Shown: positions 13,432 through 23,160 of the stretch, one piece after another
How the letters are laid out: each line of letters opens with the position of its first letter
Numbering within the stretch: the stretch's first letter is position 1
Assembly (NCBI GenBank): GCA_016219375.1
Contig: JACRNC010000016.1
Location: forward strand, 218,006-282,005
Source of the DNA: Burkholderiales bacterium
Lineage (GTDB): Bacteria > Pseudomonadota > Gammaproteobacteria > Burkholderiales > Burkholderiaceae_C
Length of the DNA: 64,000 nucleotides
Direction: 5' to 3'
The notes under the pieces: generated by a model
The model's input: the letters and a program-made list of their open reading frames with translations, nothing else
The model's database searches: none
What the model was told of the DNA's origin: nothing
Program-made: the position numbers and the translations under genes

Positions 13432-14154
13432 TCAGCGCGCCGCTGCCTGCGCCTTCAGATGCCGCTCCGGCAGCACGATCACGCCGCGCCCATAGTGGCC
13501 CGGCAGCTCCGTCGGCGACTTGATCTGGTAGGCCGGCTTCCTGAGCTGCTGGTGCATGCCCTGGAGCGTGACCAGCGGCGCGCGCGTGGACACCGCATTG
13601 GCCAGCCAGCCCGGCACCAGGCCGCCCAGGTCGATCGTGGTCTCGAACTCCACCCGCGTCCAGCCGCCGTCCAGCGGCGTCAGGCGAAATGCATTGTTCA
13701 GGTAGGGCATGCGCACATAGCCCTCCTGCGGCGGCAGGCCTTCCACCTCACGGCTTTCCACCAGGATAACGCCGTCCTTGTTCTGGCTGACCGTGGTGCG
13801 GAACAGCACGTCACGATCGGAGGCCGGCCAGATGCCGTTGAAGCGCGCATAGATGCGGTCGGGCGCCTGCCCGGCGGGCGTTTCGGCGGACGCCATCTGG
13901 AAGATCCACGATGGCAGCGATTTTGTGTCGGACAGCAGGGCCAGCACGGCCAGCGCGTTGTGCGGCACCTCGGTCACGCCGCGGAAGGCCTTGACCTTCA
14001 TGCCGGCGACCGGGCGTGACCAGGTGTTGACCGCCTCACGGCCCTCGGCCTGGTTCATCGGCTGCCAGGCCTCGCCCGGCTGGGCGGCCGCCGGGCCCAT
14101 CAGGTTCAGGAGCGTCAGGCCCAAGGCCATCGCGGCTGCGCGTCGTGTCCACAT
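13432..14154 (-). CDS. secreted START/SRPBCC-like lipid-binding domain protein
   Basis: Start ATG 14154. Signal peptide MWTRRAAAMALGLTLLNLMGPAAAQP, then a roughly 200-aa domain resembling START-domain proteins. Confidence 0.55.
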   Translation of the reverse strand: MWTRRAAAMALGLTLLNLMGPAAAQPGEAWQPMNQAEGREAVNTWSRPVAGMKVKAFRGVTEVPHNALAVLALLSDTKSLPSWIFQMASAETPAGQAPDRIYARFNGIWPASDRDVLFRTTVSQNKDGVILVESREVEGLPPQEGYVRMPYLNNAFRLTPLDGGWTRVEFETTIDLGGLVPGWLANAVSTRAPLVTLQGMHQQLRKPAYQIKSPTELPGHYGRGVIVLPERHLKAQAAAR

Positions 14155-14337
14155 GCTGGTCTCCCCGTGGTTGCCACCGGCCTGTGCCGGTCGATGGGCG
14201 GCATTCTGGGAGCCGGCCATGCACCCCGCGCTTGATCTCCCACAAGCGCAGGGACGGGATTTCCCCGGGCATCCGGCACAGCGCCGCCTGCGCGATGCAA
14301 AGCCGGCGTGCCGCGCGCCCGGCACCAGGCGCGCGCG

Positions 14338-16071
14338 CTACAGCACCTCGGAGGCGAAGTCCGCCAGCCGCGAGCGCTCGCCGCGCGCCAGCGTCACGTG
14401 CCCGCTGTGCGGCCAGCCCTTGAAGCGGTCCACCGCATAGGTCAGGCCCGAGCTGCCTTCGGTCAGATAGGGCGTGTCGATCTGCGCCAGGTTGCCCAGG
14501 CAGACGATCTTGGTGCCCGGGCCCGCGCGGGTGATCAGCGTCTTCATCTGCTTGGGCGTGAGGTTCTGCGCCTCATCGATCAGCACGAACTTGTTCAGGA
14601 AGGTGCGCCCGCGCATGAAGTTCAGGCTCTTGATCTTGATCTTCGAGCGCACCAGCTCCTGCGTGGCCGCGCGGCCCCATTCGCCGGCGCTGGTGTCGGT
14701 GCGTGCGAGCACCTCGAGGTTGTCGTCCAGCGCGCCCATCCAGGGCGACATCTTTTCTTCCTCGGTGCCGGGCAGGTAGCCGATGTCCTCGCCCACCGGT
14801 ACGGTCACGCGGGTGACGATGACCTCGGTATAGCGCCGCTCGTCCAGGATCTGCGACAGGGCTGCGGCCAGGCTCATCAGCGTCTTGCCGGTGCCCGCCG
14901 TGCCGGTCAGCGTCACGAAGTCGCAGTCCGGGTCCATCAGCAGGTTCAAAGCGAAGTTCTGCTCGCGGTTGCGCGCGGTCACGCCCCAGACGGCGTTCTT
15001 CTGGTGCGAGTAGTCCTTGAGCGTGCGCAGCACCGCGCTCTTGCCGGTGATCTCGGTCACTTTCGCGTAGAGCGGGGCCGATCCGGCGGACTCCAGATAG
15101 ACGAACTGGTTGACCAGCAGCGTGGGCACCAGCGGGCCGGAGATGCGGTAGTAGGTGGCGCCGCCCTGCTGCCAGCTCTCCATCGTCTTGCCGTGCCGGT
15201 CCCAGAAGTCCGCCGGCAGCGGCAGCACGCCGGTGTAGAGCAGGTCGTCGTCGTCCAGGACCTTGTCGTTGTAGTAGTCCTCGGCTGGCAGGCCCAGCGC
15301 GCGGGCCTTGATGCGCATGTTGATGTCCTTGGACACCAGCACCACGTCGCGGTCCTTGATCGACTCGCGCAGCGACTGCACCACGCCCAGGATCTGGTTG
15401 TCGGCCTTGCCCTGCGGCAGCCCCGGCGGCAGCTGCACGTTGAGCAGCGTGGTCTGGAAGAACAGCTTGCCGCGCGCATCACGGTGGCCGGTCTTGGCCA
15501 GGGGGATGCCTTCTGCCGCGCCCAGCGTGCCGTCGGACGCCAGCGCGTCGAGCTCACGGCTGACCTGGCGGGCATTGCGCGCGACCTCGCTCATGCCCTT
15601 CTTGTGGTTGTCCAGCTCCTCCAGCGTGATCATGGGCAGGTAGACGTCATGCTCCTCGAAGCGGAACAGCGACATCGGGTCATGCATCAGCACGTTGGTG
15701 TCCAGCACGAAGAGCTTGGGGCGGCCGTCGTCACGCTCGCGCCGGCGCTCGCGCACCGAGCGGGCAGGCATCTTGGGCGCGGCGCTCGCCGCCTTGACCG
15801 GCAGCCCGGGGGCCACGCTGGCCGCCGGCGTGGTCGGCGACGCCGGCGTGGCGCCGGGTGCCGCCTTCTGGCGCGCACCCGGACGCTGCGCCGCCGGTGA
15901 CGCGGCATTCGCCGAGGCCGGCGGCTCGCGCAGCTCCATCACGCCGGGCGCATCGGGCGTGTCGCCCGAGCGGCGTGCGGAGCCCTTGCGCGGACGCGGC
16001 GGCGCCTGGTTCTCGAAGTCCTCGGGGCTGAGCATGGACGCGCGCTTGGCAGGGGGCTTGGGCAGTGGCAT
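14338..16071 (-). CDS. PhoH-family ATPase with N-terminal PIN domain (YlaK-like)
   Basis: PIN-like LFVLDTNVLMHDP...VYLPMITLEELD, then the PhoH ATPase GTAGTGKTLMSLAAAL...VLIDEAQNLTP. ATG 16071 is preferred over the tracked TTG at 16095, which lies inside the upstream terminator hairpin. Confidence 0.85.
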   Translation of the reverse strand: MPLPKPPAKRASMLSPEDFENQAPPRPRKGSARRSGDTPDAPGVMELREPPASANAASPAAQRPGARQKAAPGATPASPTTPAASVAPGLPVKAASAAPKMPARSVRERRRERDDGRPKLFVLDTNVLMHDPMSLFRFEEHDVYLPMITLEELDNHKKGMSEVARNARQVSRELDALASDGTLGAAEGIPLAKTGHRDARGKLFFQTTLLNVQLPPGLPQGKADNQILGVVQSLRESIKDRDVVLVSKDINMRIKARALGLPAEDYYNDKVLDDDDLLYTGVLPLPADFWDRHGKTMESWQQGGATYYRISGPLVPTLLVNQFVYLESAGSAPLYAKVTEITGKSAVLRTLKDYSHQKNAVWGVTARNREQNFALNLLMDPDCDFVTLTGTAGTGKTLMSLAAALSQILDERRYTEVIVTRVTVPVGEDIGYLPGTEEEKMSPWMGALDDNLEVLARTDTSAGEWGRAATQELVRSKIKIKSLNFMRGRTFLNKFVLIDEAQNLTPKQMKTLITRAGPGTKIVCLGNLAQIDTPYLTEGSSGLTYAVDRFKGWPHSGHVTLARGERSRLADFASEVL

Positions 16072-16093
16072 GGAGGTCAGCGGGTAGGAAAAC

Positions 16094-16126
16094 AAAAAGC
16101 CGCACGGCCAGGCCGGTGCGGCTTTT
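16094..16126 (-). terminator. rho-independent terminator downstream of bcp
   Basis: AAAAGCCGCAC-N10-GTGCGGCTTTT. On the minus strand the stem is followed by TTTTTGTTTT. Confidence 0.6.
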
Positions 16127-16275
16127 GGTGGAGCGGGAAAACGTCGCAGGCTCTCAAGAGCATAGGCCCATTATGCACAGGCCGATGGAGCCGCCCGCGG
16201 CAGGAGCAACCCGGGTGAGGGCGCCCCATCGGGGCCGGTCGCCGGCCCGGGTGCCGGGCACCCGGGCATCCGCTG

Positions 16276-16755
16276 TCAGGCAGCTTCCTTGCGAAGGGAT
16301 TTGACGGCCTTGAGCACATCGTCCACGTGCCCAGCAACCTTGATGCCACGCCACTCCTGGCGCAGCACGCCGTCGGCGTCGATCAGGAAGGTGGAGCGCT
16401 CGATGCCCTTGACCTTCTTGCCGTACATGATCTTGTTCTTGACCACGCCGAACATGTGGCAGAGCTTTTCCTCGGTGTCGGCCACCAGCTCGAAAGGCAG
16501 CTCCAGGTTCTGCTTGAACTTCTCGTGCGACGCCATGTTGTCGCGCGAGACGCCGAACACCACCGCGCCAGCCTTGAGGAATTCCTTGTGCTTGTCGCGG
16601 AACTGCATGGACTCCGTGGTGCACCCCGGGGTATGGTCCTTGGGGTAGAAGTACAGCACCACGATCTGGCCCGCAAAGGCTTGCGGGGAGAACTTCACGC
16701 CACCCGTGGCTTGTGCTTCAAATTCCGGCAGAGGTTTGTTGAGTGCTGGCGTCAT
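16276..16755 (-). CDS. bcp: thioredoxin-dependent thiol peroxidase (peroxiredoxin Bcp)
   Basis: 159 aa. VVLYFYPKDHTPGCTTE peroxidatic-Cys motif. Confidence 0.9.
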   Translation of the reverse strand: MTPALNKPLPEFEAQATGGVKFSPQAFAGQIVVLYFYPKDHTPGCTTESMQFRDKHKEFLKAGAVVFGVSRDNMASHEKFKQNLELPFELVADTEEKLCHMFGVVKNKIMYGKKVKGIERSTFLIDADGVLRQEWRGIKVAGHVDDVLKAVKSLRKEAA

Positions 16756-16796
16756 GAAGAATCGGAAGAGGGATGCCGTCAGGTGAGCAGCACGCG

Positions 16797-16802
16797 ATTA
16801 TA
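16797..16802 (-). promoter_or_regulatory. candidate -10 box (TATAAT on the minus strand) for bcp
   Basis: ATTATA on the plus strand equals a perfect TATAAT on the minus strand, about 40 nt upstream of the bcp ATG, in an otherwise GC-rich spacer. The -35 is weak. Confidence 0.35.
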
Positions 16803-16825
16803 AATCGGCGGGCACTCCGTCACGA

Positions 16826-17305
16826 TCAGGCCTCGGGTGCCAGCATCAGTGCGGCCATCACGCTGCGGCCTTCGGAGACGAGCACGTTGTAGGTGCGGCA
16901 GGCTGCGGCGGTGTCCATCGTCTCCACACCGATGCGCCGCTTCATCAGCGGCTGCAGCAGGGCGGGCGGCGCAAAGCGCAGGCGCGGCCCGGTGCCCAGG
17001 ATGACCAGCTCGGGCGCGGCGGCGGCGATCATCTCGATGTGCTCGGCCAGCAGCGCGGCGGTGTCCGCGGGTGGCCAGGTCACCACGGGCCCGGTGGCGG
17101 GCACGAGGATGGACCGCGTCCAGCTCTGGCCGTTGACCACCAGCTCGCCCGGCGTGCGGGACTGGATGAAATTGACGCCGTCGGCGCGGTCGGGCTGCAG
17201 TTTCAAGTGGGCCTCGCTGGACGGGTGGAGCCCGCGCTGCGGCGCGCGCGGAATCAGCGCAGAAGCGGTGCGCGCCGGCGCCCGCCGCGGCCTGCCGATG
17301 CTCAA
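16826..17305 (-). CDS. Mth938-like (DUF498) domain protein. The start may be the internal TTG at 17206.
   Basis: LKLQPDRADGVNFIQSRTPGELVVNGQSW...LVILGTGPRLRF...GVETMDTAAACRTYNVLVSEGRSV matches the DUF498/NDUFAF3-like pattern. Both candidate starts are TTG. Confidence 0.7.
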   Translation of the reverse strand: MSIGRPRRAPARTASALIPRAPQRGLHPSSEAHLKLQPDRADGVNFIQSRTPGELVVNGQSWTRSILVPATGPVVTWPPADTAALLAEHIEMIAAAAPELVILGTGPRLRFAPPALLQPLMKRRIGVETMDTAAACRTYNVLVSEGRSVMAALMLAPEA

Positions 17306-17337
17306 GGAAGAGGGGGCTCGGCACAGGGGCGTGGGGC

Positions 17338-17347
17338 TAGAATTCTA
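17338..17347. promoter_or_regulatory. back-to-back TAGAAT -10 boxes inside the palindrome GCTAGAATTCTAGC
   Basis: The 14-bp perfect palindrome at 17336..17349 places TAGAAT on both strands, between the divergent DUF498 gene and alaA. Confidence 0.4.
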
Positions 17348-17389
17348 GCTTTTCGACCGCTGCCCCCAGGTCACCGCCCGGAGCCCCCT

Positions 17390-18616
17390 TTGAAGCCGAT
17401 CGCCAAGTCCAGCAAGCTCGCCAACGTCTGCTACGACATCCGCGGGCCGGTCCTGGCCAAGGCCCGGCAGATGGAGGAGGACGGGCACAAGATCATCAAG
17501 CTCAACATCGGCAACCTGGCCGTGTTCGGGCTGGAGCCGCCCGACGAGATCGTGCAGGACATGATCCGCAACCTGCCCGACGCGGCGGGCTACACGGATT
17601 CCAAGGGCCTGTTCGCACCGCGCAAGGCGGTCGTGCACTACTGCCAGGAAAAGCGCATCGCCGGCGTCACGGTGGATGACGTCTACCTGGGCAACGGCGC
17701 CTCCGAGCTGATCGTGATGTCGCTCAATGCGCTGCTCAACGACGGCGACGAAGTGCTGCTGCCGGCCCCGGACTACCCGCTCTACACCGCAGCCGTGTCG
17801 CTGTCGGGCGGCCGCCCGGTGCACTACCTGTGCGACGAGTCCAACGGCTGGCTGCCCGACCTGGACGACATCCGCGCCAAGATCACGCCGCGCACCAAGG
17901 CCATCGTCGTCATCAACCCCAACAACCCGACCGGCGCGCTCTATCCCGAGGACCTGCTCAAGGACATCGTCGAGATCGCGCGGCAGAACCAGCTCATCGT
18001 CTTTGCCGACGAGATCTACGACAAGGTGCTCTACGACGGCAACACGCACACCAGCATCGCCTCGCTGGCCGACGATGTGCTGTTCGTCACCTTCAACGGC
18101 CTGTCCAAGAACTACCGCTCCTGCGGCTACCGGGCCGGCTGGATGATCGTTTCGGGCGACCGCCGGCAGGCGCGCGACTACATCGAGGGCCTGGACATGC
18201 TGGCCTCGATGCGCCTGTGCGCCAACACGCCGGGGCAACTGGCCATCCAGACGGCGCTGGGCGGGTACCAGAGCATCAAGGACCTGGTCGCGCCCACCGG
18301 TCGGCTGTGCCGGCAGCGCGATCTGGCCTATGAGCTGCTCAGCGACATCCCGGGCGTGAGCGTGGTCAAGCCCAAGGCGGCGCTGTACATGTTCCCGCGG
18401 CTGGACCCCAAGATCTATCCCATCCAGGACGACCAGCAGTTCGCGTACGACCTGCTGGCCGAGGAGAAGGTGCTGATCGTCCAGGGCTCGGGCTTCAACT
18501 GGCCCGGCACGGACCACTTCCGGCTGGTCTTCCTGCCCAACTCGGACGACCTCACCGACGCCATCGGCCGCATTGCGCGCTTCCTCGACGGGATGCGCAA
18601 GCGCCACAGCCAGTAA
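17390..18616 (+). CDS. alaA: alanine transaminase-type PLP aminotransferase (AlaA/YfbQ-like)
   Basis: TTG start at 17390 (LKPIAKSSKLANVCYDIRGPVLAKARQMEEDGHKIIKLNIGN...). Collinear with E. coli AlaA as I recall it, including NGLSKNYRSCGYRAGW and SMRLCANTPGQ. Confidence 0.85.
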   Translation: MKPIAKSSKLANVCYDIRGPVLAKARQMEEDGHKIIKLNIGNLAVFGLEPPDEIVQDMIRNLPDAAGYTDSKGLFAPRKAVVHYCQEKRIAGVTVDDVYLGNGASELIVMSLNALLNDGDEVLLPAPDYPLYTAAVSLSGGRPVHYLCDESNGWLPDLDDIRAKITPRTKAIVVINPNNPTGALYPEDLLKDIVEIARQNQLIVFADEIYDKVLYDGNTHTSIASLADDVLFVTFNGLSKNYRSCGYRAGWMIVSGDRRQARDYIEGLDMLASMRLCANTPGQLAIQTALGGYQSIKDLVAPTGRLCRQRDLAYELLSDIPGVSVVKPKAALYMFPRLDPKIYPIQDDQQFAYDLLAEEKVLIVQGSGFNWPGTDHFRLVFLPNSDDLTDAIGRIARFLDGMRKRHSQ

Positions 18617-18699
18617 GCGGGCGGCGCGCGGCGCGCAACCGCTCCATTCCCCTGCACCAGCGCCGCCGCCCCGAGCGGGCCGCGGACCGGAGAGACCCC

Positions 18700-20031
18700 A
18701 TGAAGACCCCCCCCATCGGCCCGATCCGGGTCGGCCTGCTCGGCATTGGCACCGTCGGCGGCGGCACCTACGAGGTGCTCAAGCGCAATGCCGCCGAGAT
18801 CCGCCGCCGCGCCGGGCGCGATATCGAAATCACCGTGGTGGCCGACCTCGATGTCGAGCGCGCGTGCCGGCTGGTCGGCCCGGGCGTGGCCGTGGTGGGC
18901 GATGCGCGCGAGGTGATCGCCCGCCCGGACATCGACATCGTGGTCGAGCTGATCGGCGGCTACGGCATCGCCCGCACGCTGGTGCTGGAGGCGATCGCGG
19001 CCGGCAAGCATGTGGTGACGGCCAACAAGGCGCTGCTGGCGGTGCACGGCACCGAGATCTTCGAGGCCGCGCGTGAACGCGGCGTGATGGTGGCCTTCGA
19101 GGCGGCGGTGGCCGGCGGCATCCCCATCATCAAGGCGCTGCGCGAGGGCCTGACGGCCAACCGCATCCAGTGGATCGCCGGGATCATCAACGGCACGACG
19201 AATTTCATCCTGTCGGAGATGCGGGACAAGGGCCTGGACTTCGACGTGGTGCTCAAGGAGGCGCAGCGCCTGGGCTATGCCGAGGCCGACCCGACCTTCG
19301 ACATCGAGGGCGTGGACGCCGCGCACAAGGCGACCATCATGAGCGCCATCGCCTTCGGCGTGCCGGTGCAGTTCAACAAGGCGCATGTGGAGGGCATCAC
19401 CAAGCTGCAGGCGGCCGACATCGAATATGCCGAGCAACTGGGCTACCGCATCAAGCTGCTGGGCATCACCCGCCGGCGCGATGACCTGGGTGGCATCGAG
19501 CTGCGCGTGCACCCGACCCTGGTGCCGGCCAAGCGCCTGATCGCCAACGTCGAGGGCGCGATGAACGCCGTGGTGGTGCAGGGCGACGCCGTGGGCACGA
19601 CGCTGTACTACGGCAAGGGCGCAGGTGCCGAGCCCACCGCATCGGCCGTGGTGGCTGATCTGGTGGACATTGCCCGGCTGCACACGGCTGACCCGGATCA
19701 CCGCGTGCCGCACCTGGCCTTCCAGCCCGATGCGCTGGCCAGCACGCCCATCCTGCCGATGGACAAGGTCCGGACCGCCTTCTACCTGCGCCTGCGCGTG
19801 GCCGACCAGACCGGCGTGCTGGCCAGCCTGACCCGCATCCTGGCCGATGCGGAGATCTCCATCGACGCCATGCTGCAGCGCGAGGCCGGTGAGGGCGAAG
19901 GCCAGACCGACCTGATCATCCTGACGCACGACACGGAAGAAGGCGGCATGAACGCCGCGCTGGCGCAGATGCAGGGCCTGCCCACCGTGCTGGCCCCCAT
20001 CGTCAAGATCCGCAAGGAAGAGCTGGCCTGA
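18700..20031 (+). CDS. hom: homoserine dehydrogenase
   Basis: 443 aa. GLLGIGTVGGGT NAD(P) loop, catalytic region, C-terminal ACT domain. Confidence 0.9.
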   Translation: MKTPPIGPIRVGLLGIGTVGGGTYEVLKRNAAEIRRRAGRDIEITVVADLDVERACRLVGPGVAVVGDAREVIARPDIDIVVELIGGYGIARTLVLEAIAAGKHVVTANKALLAVHGTEIFEAARERGVMVAFEAAVAGGIPIIKALREGLTANRIQWIAGIINGTTNFILSEMRDKGLDFDVVLKEAQRLGYAEADPTFDIEGVDAAHKATIMSAIAFGVPVQFNKAHVEGITKLQAADIEYAEQLGYRIKLLGITRRRDDLGGIELRVHPTLVPAKRLIANVEGAMNAVVVQGDAVGTTLYYGKGAGAEPTASAVVADLVDIARLHTADPDHRVPHLAFQPDALASTPILPMDKVRTAFYLRLRVADQTGVLASLTRILADAEISIDAMLQREAGEGEGQTDLIILTHDTEEGGMNAALAQMQGLPTVLAPIVKIRKEELA

Positions 20032-20059
20032 ACACGCTGAGCCGTCCGCCACACCCGCC

Positions 20060-21475
20060 ATGAAATACATCAGCACCCGCGGTGACCGCACCGAGCGCGG
20101 CTTCTCCGAGATCCTGCTCGAAGGCCTGGCGCCGGACGGCGGGCTGTACCTGCCCGTGGCCTATCCGCGCATCGACGATGCCACGCTGACGCGCTGGCGT
20201 GGCCTGCGCTATGCGGACCTGGCCTTCGAGATCCTGTCGCTGTACATCGACGACATCCCGGCGGACGATCTGCGCCGGCTGGTGGACAAGACCTACACGC
20301 GCGAGGTCTTCGGCACCGAGGCCATCACGCCGCTCAAGCCGCTGCAGCCCGGCCTGTGCCTTGAGGCCCTGTCCAACGGCCCGACGCTGGCCTTCAAGGA
20401 CATGGCCATGCAGCTGCTGGGCAACCTGTTCGAATACGAACTGGGCCGCCGCGGCGAGGAGCTCAACATCCTGGGCGCCACATCCGGCGACACCGGCAGC
20501 GCGGCCGAGTACGCCATGCGCGGCAAGCAGGGCGTGCGCGTGTTCATGCTCTCGCCCCACGGCCGCATGAGCCCCTTCCAGCAGGCGCAGATGTTCAGCC
20601 TGCAGGATCCGAACATCCACAACCTGGCGGTGCAGGGCGTCTTCGACGATTGCCAGGACATCGTCAAGGCGGTGTCCAACGACCTGGCCTTCAAGCGCCG
20701 CTACAAGATCGGCACCGTCAACTCGATCAACTGGGCGCGGCTGCTGGCGCAGGTGGTGTACTACTTCGCCGGGTACTTCCAGGCCACCAAGAGCAATGCC
20801 GAGCAGGTGAGCTTCACCGTGCCCTCGGGCAACTTCGGCAACATCTGCGCCGGCCATGTGGCGCGCATGATGGGCCTGCCCATCCGGCAACTGGTGGCGG
20901 CCACCAACGAGAACGACGTGCTCGACGAGTTCTTCCGCACCGGCACCTACCGCGTGCGCAAGAGCGCGGAGACGTTCGAAACCTCCAGCCCGTCGATGGA
21001 CATCTCCAAGGCGAGCAACTTCGAGCGCTTCATCTACGACCTGCTGGGCCGCGACGGCGAGCGCACGCGCCAGCTGTTCAAGGACGAGGTGGAGCAGCGC
21101 GGTGCCTTCACGCTGACGGCGGACGAGTTCGCCCGCGTGCAGGGCTTCGGCTTTGCCTCCGGCAAGAGCACGCATGCCGACCGGCTGCAGACCATCCGCC
21201 AGACCTGGGAGCAGCACGGCGTGATGATCGACACCCACACCGCCGATGGCGTGAAGGTGGCGCGCGAGCATATGCAGCCCGGCACGACGATGATCGTGCT
21301 GGAGACGGCGCTGCCGGTGAAGTTCGCCCAGACCATCCAGGAGGCACTGGGCCGCGAGCCCGAGCGGCCGGCTGCACTGGTCGGCATCGAGGACCTGCCC
21401 AAGCGCTTCGAGGTGATGCCGGTGAGCGCGCAGGCGGTCAAGGACTACATCGCCGAGCACTGCGCCGGCGCCTGA
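20060..21475 (+). CDS. thrC: threonine synthase
   Basis: 471 aa. MKYISTRG start and the PLP-lysine motif PTLAFKDMAMQ. Confidence 0.9.
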   Translation: MKYISTRGDRTERGFSEILLEGLAPDGGLYLPVAYPRIDDATLTRWRGLRYADLAFEILSLYIDDIPADDLRRLVDKTYTREVFGTEAITPLKPLQPGLCLEALSNGPTLAFKDMAMQLLGNLFEYELGRRGEELNILGATSGDTGSAAEYAMRGKQGVRVFMLSPHGRMSPFQQAQMFSLQDPNIHNLAVQGVFDDCQDIVKAVSNDLAFKRRYKIGTVNSINWARLLAQVVYYFAGYFQATKSNAEQVSFTVPSGNFGNICAGHVARMMGLPIRQLVAATNENDVLDEFFRTGTYRVRKSAETFETSSPSMDISKASNFERFIYDLLGRDGERTRQLFKDEVEQRGAFTLTADEFARVQGFGFASGKSTHADRLQTIRQTWEQHGVMIDTHTADGVKVAREHMQPGTTMIVLETALPVKFAQTIQEALGREPERPAALVGIEDLPKRFEVMPVSAQAVKDYIAEHCAGA

Positions 21476-21634
21476 CGCGCGGCCCGACGGGCTGCGCCGA
21501 GCGCCGTAGCCGTCCGGTTGTCGCAGCCTGCCCCGGCCCGGTTGACGCGGCAGCCGAACAGCGGCCGATGACATGCCCGCCGCGTACCGGCTGAATGTCC
21601 GGGCGGGCAGGTCTCTTGCTTGAAGGATCGCGCA

Positions 21635-22879
21635 ATGGATGCCCCCAACCCGCCCGCTGCAACCGCCCCCGCACGCAAGCCGCTGATGCCGCTGGACGAG
21701 GCGCTGGTGCGCATGCTGGGCAGCGTGCAGCCCGTGCCCGACGTGGAAGAGGTGGAGACCGCCGCGGCGCTGGGCCGGGTGCTGGCTGCCGATCTGGCGT
21801 CGACCATCGACGTGCCGCCGCTGGACAACAGCGCGATGGACGGCTTTGCCGTGCGCTGCCATGAACTGCCGGACGAAGGCGTGGCGCTGCCCGTCAGCGC
21901 GCGCATCGCGGCCGGGCAGGTGGGGACGGCGCTGCAGCCGGGGACGGCCGCGCGCATCTTCACCGGGGCGCCCCTCCCCGAGGGCGCCGATGCGGTGGTG
22001 ATGCAGGAGCACACCGAGCCGGCCGATGAGGGCCACGTGCGCATCTGCCGCATCCCGCAGCCGGGGCAGAACATCCGCCGCCGGGGCGAGGACATTGCCG
22101 CCGGTAGCACGGTGCTGGCTGCGGGCACGCTGCTGACGCCGCAGGCGCTGGGCGTGGCCGCATCCGTGGGCGCGGCCCGGCTGACCGTGCGCCGGCGCCT
22201 GCGCGTGGCCCTGCTGAGCACTGGCGACGAGCTGGTCATGCCCGGTGAGCCGCTGCGCCCGGGCGCCATCTACAACTCCAACCGCTACACGCTGCGTGGC
22301 CTGATCGAGGCAGCCGGTGCGCAGTGCACCGATCTGGGCATCGTGCCCGACCGGCTGGACGCCACGCGCCAGGCGCTGCGCCAGGCGGCGGCGGATCACG
22401 ATCTGATCCTCAGCAGCGGCGGCGTGTCGGTCGGTGAGGAAGACCACCTGCGCCCGGCCGTGCAGGCCGAGGGCGAGCTGACGCTGTGGCAGCTGGCCAT
22501 CAAGCCGGGCAAGCCGCTGGCTTTCGGCCGGGTGGGCGCGGCGGCTTTCGTCGGCCTGCCGGGCAACCCGGTGGCCAGCTTCGTGACCTTCGTGCTGCTG
22601 GTGCGCCCACTGCTGCAGCGGCTGGCGGGCCGCATGCCCACTGCGCCGCAGCCGCTGATGCTGCAGGCCGGCTTCGACTGGCCGCGGCCCGACCCGGCGC
22701 GGCGCGAGTTCCTGCGCGCCCGGCGCGAGGGCGATCGGGTGGTGATCCACGGCCGCCAGGGCTCGGGCGTGCTGAGCTCCGTGCACTGGGCCGACGGCCT
22801 GGTGGACCTGGCCCCAGGGCAGGTGGTGCGGCAGGGTGAGGCCGTGCCCTTTCTGCCGCTGAGCGGGCTGGGCGCCTGA
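21635..22879 (+). CDS. moeA: molybdopterin molybdenumtransferase
   Basis: ATG 21635 (the tracked start at 21620 is TTG). LDNSAMDGFAV, IFTGAPLPEGADAVVMQE and SSGGVSVGEEDH motifs. Confidence 0.85.
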   Translation: MDAPNPPAATAPARKPLMPLDEALVRMLGSVQPVPDVEEVETAAALGRVLAADLASTIDVPPLDNSAMDGFAVRCHELPDEGVALPVSARIAAGQVGTALQPGTAARIFTGAPLPEGADAVVMQEHTEPADEGHVRICRIPQPGQNIRRRGEDIAAGSTVLAAGTLLTPQALGVAASVGAARLTVRRRLRVALLSTGDELVMPGEPLRPGAIYNSNRYTLRGLIEAAGAQCTDLGIVPDRLDATRQALRQAAADHDLILSSGGVSVGEEDHLRPAVQAEGELTLWQLAIKPGKPLAFGRVGAAAFVGLPGNPVASFVTFVLLVRPLLQRLAGRMPTAPQPLMLQAGFDWPRPDPARREFLRARREGDRVVIHGRQGSGVLSSVHWADGLVDLAPGQVVRQGEAVPFLPLSGLGA

Positions 22880-22897
22880 GAGCCGCAGGTGCCGGGC

Positions 22898-23158
22898 ATG
22901 AGCGAGCTGACCGTCACCGTGCGCTACTTCGCTGCCGTGCGCGAGGCGCTGGGCGAGGGCGAGACGCTGCGCGTGCCGGCCGCCACCACCGTGGCCGACC
23001 TGCGCCTGCGCTTGGCCGCGCGCGATGCGGCGCATGCCCGCGCGCTGGGCCCCGAGCAGCGGCTGCGCGTGGCGGTGGACCAGGCGCTGGCCGACGAGTC
23101 GCTGGTGCTGGCCGCAGATGCCGAGGTCGCCTTCTTCCCGCCGGTGACGGGGGGCTGA
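22898..23158 (+). CDS. moaD: molybdopterin synthase sulfur-carrier subunit
   Basis: MSELTVTVRYFAAVREALG...FFPPVTGG, with the C-terminal GG typical of MoaD. Confidence 0.8.
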   Translation: MSELTVTVRYFAAVREALGEGETLRVPAATTVADLRLRLAARDAAHARALGPEQRLRVAVDQALADESLVLAADAEVAFFPPVTGG

Positions 23159-23160
23159 GC

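Noticed and set aside
16095-16095. TTG start for the PhoH/PIN gene as given in the ORF track
   Set aside because: That codon lies within the stem and U-tract of the bcp terminator hairpin. The ATG at 16071 avoids the structure.
21476-21634. Possible terminator hairpin TGCCCGCC-N18-GGCGGGCA between thrC and moeA
   Set aside because: The long loop and weak, interrupted T-tract leave too little support to call it.
20003-23035. 1010-aa minus-strand ORF spanning thrC, moeA and moaD
   Set aside because: The translation is Arg/Ala/Gly/His/Pro-rich with no recognisable motifs, and it lies antisense to three well-supported conserved genes. This is a typical stop-free shadow frame in 70% GC DNA.
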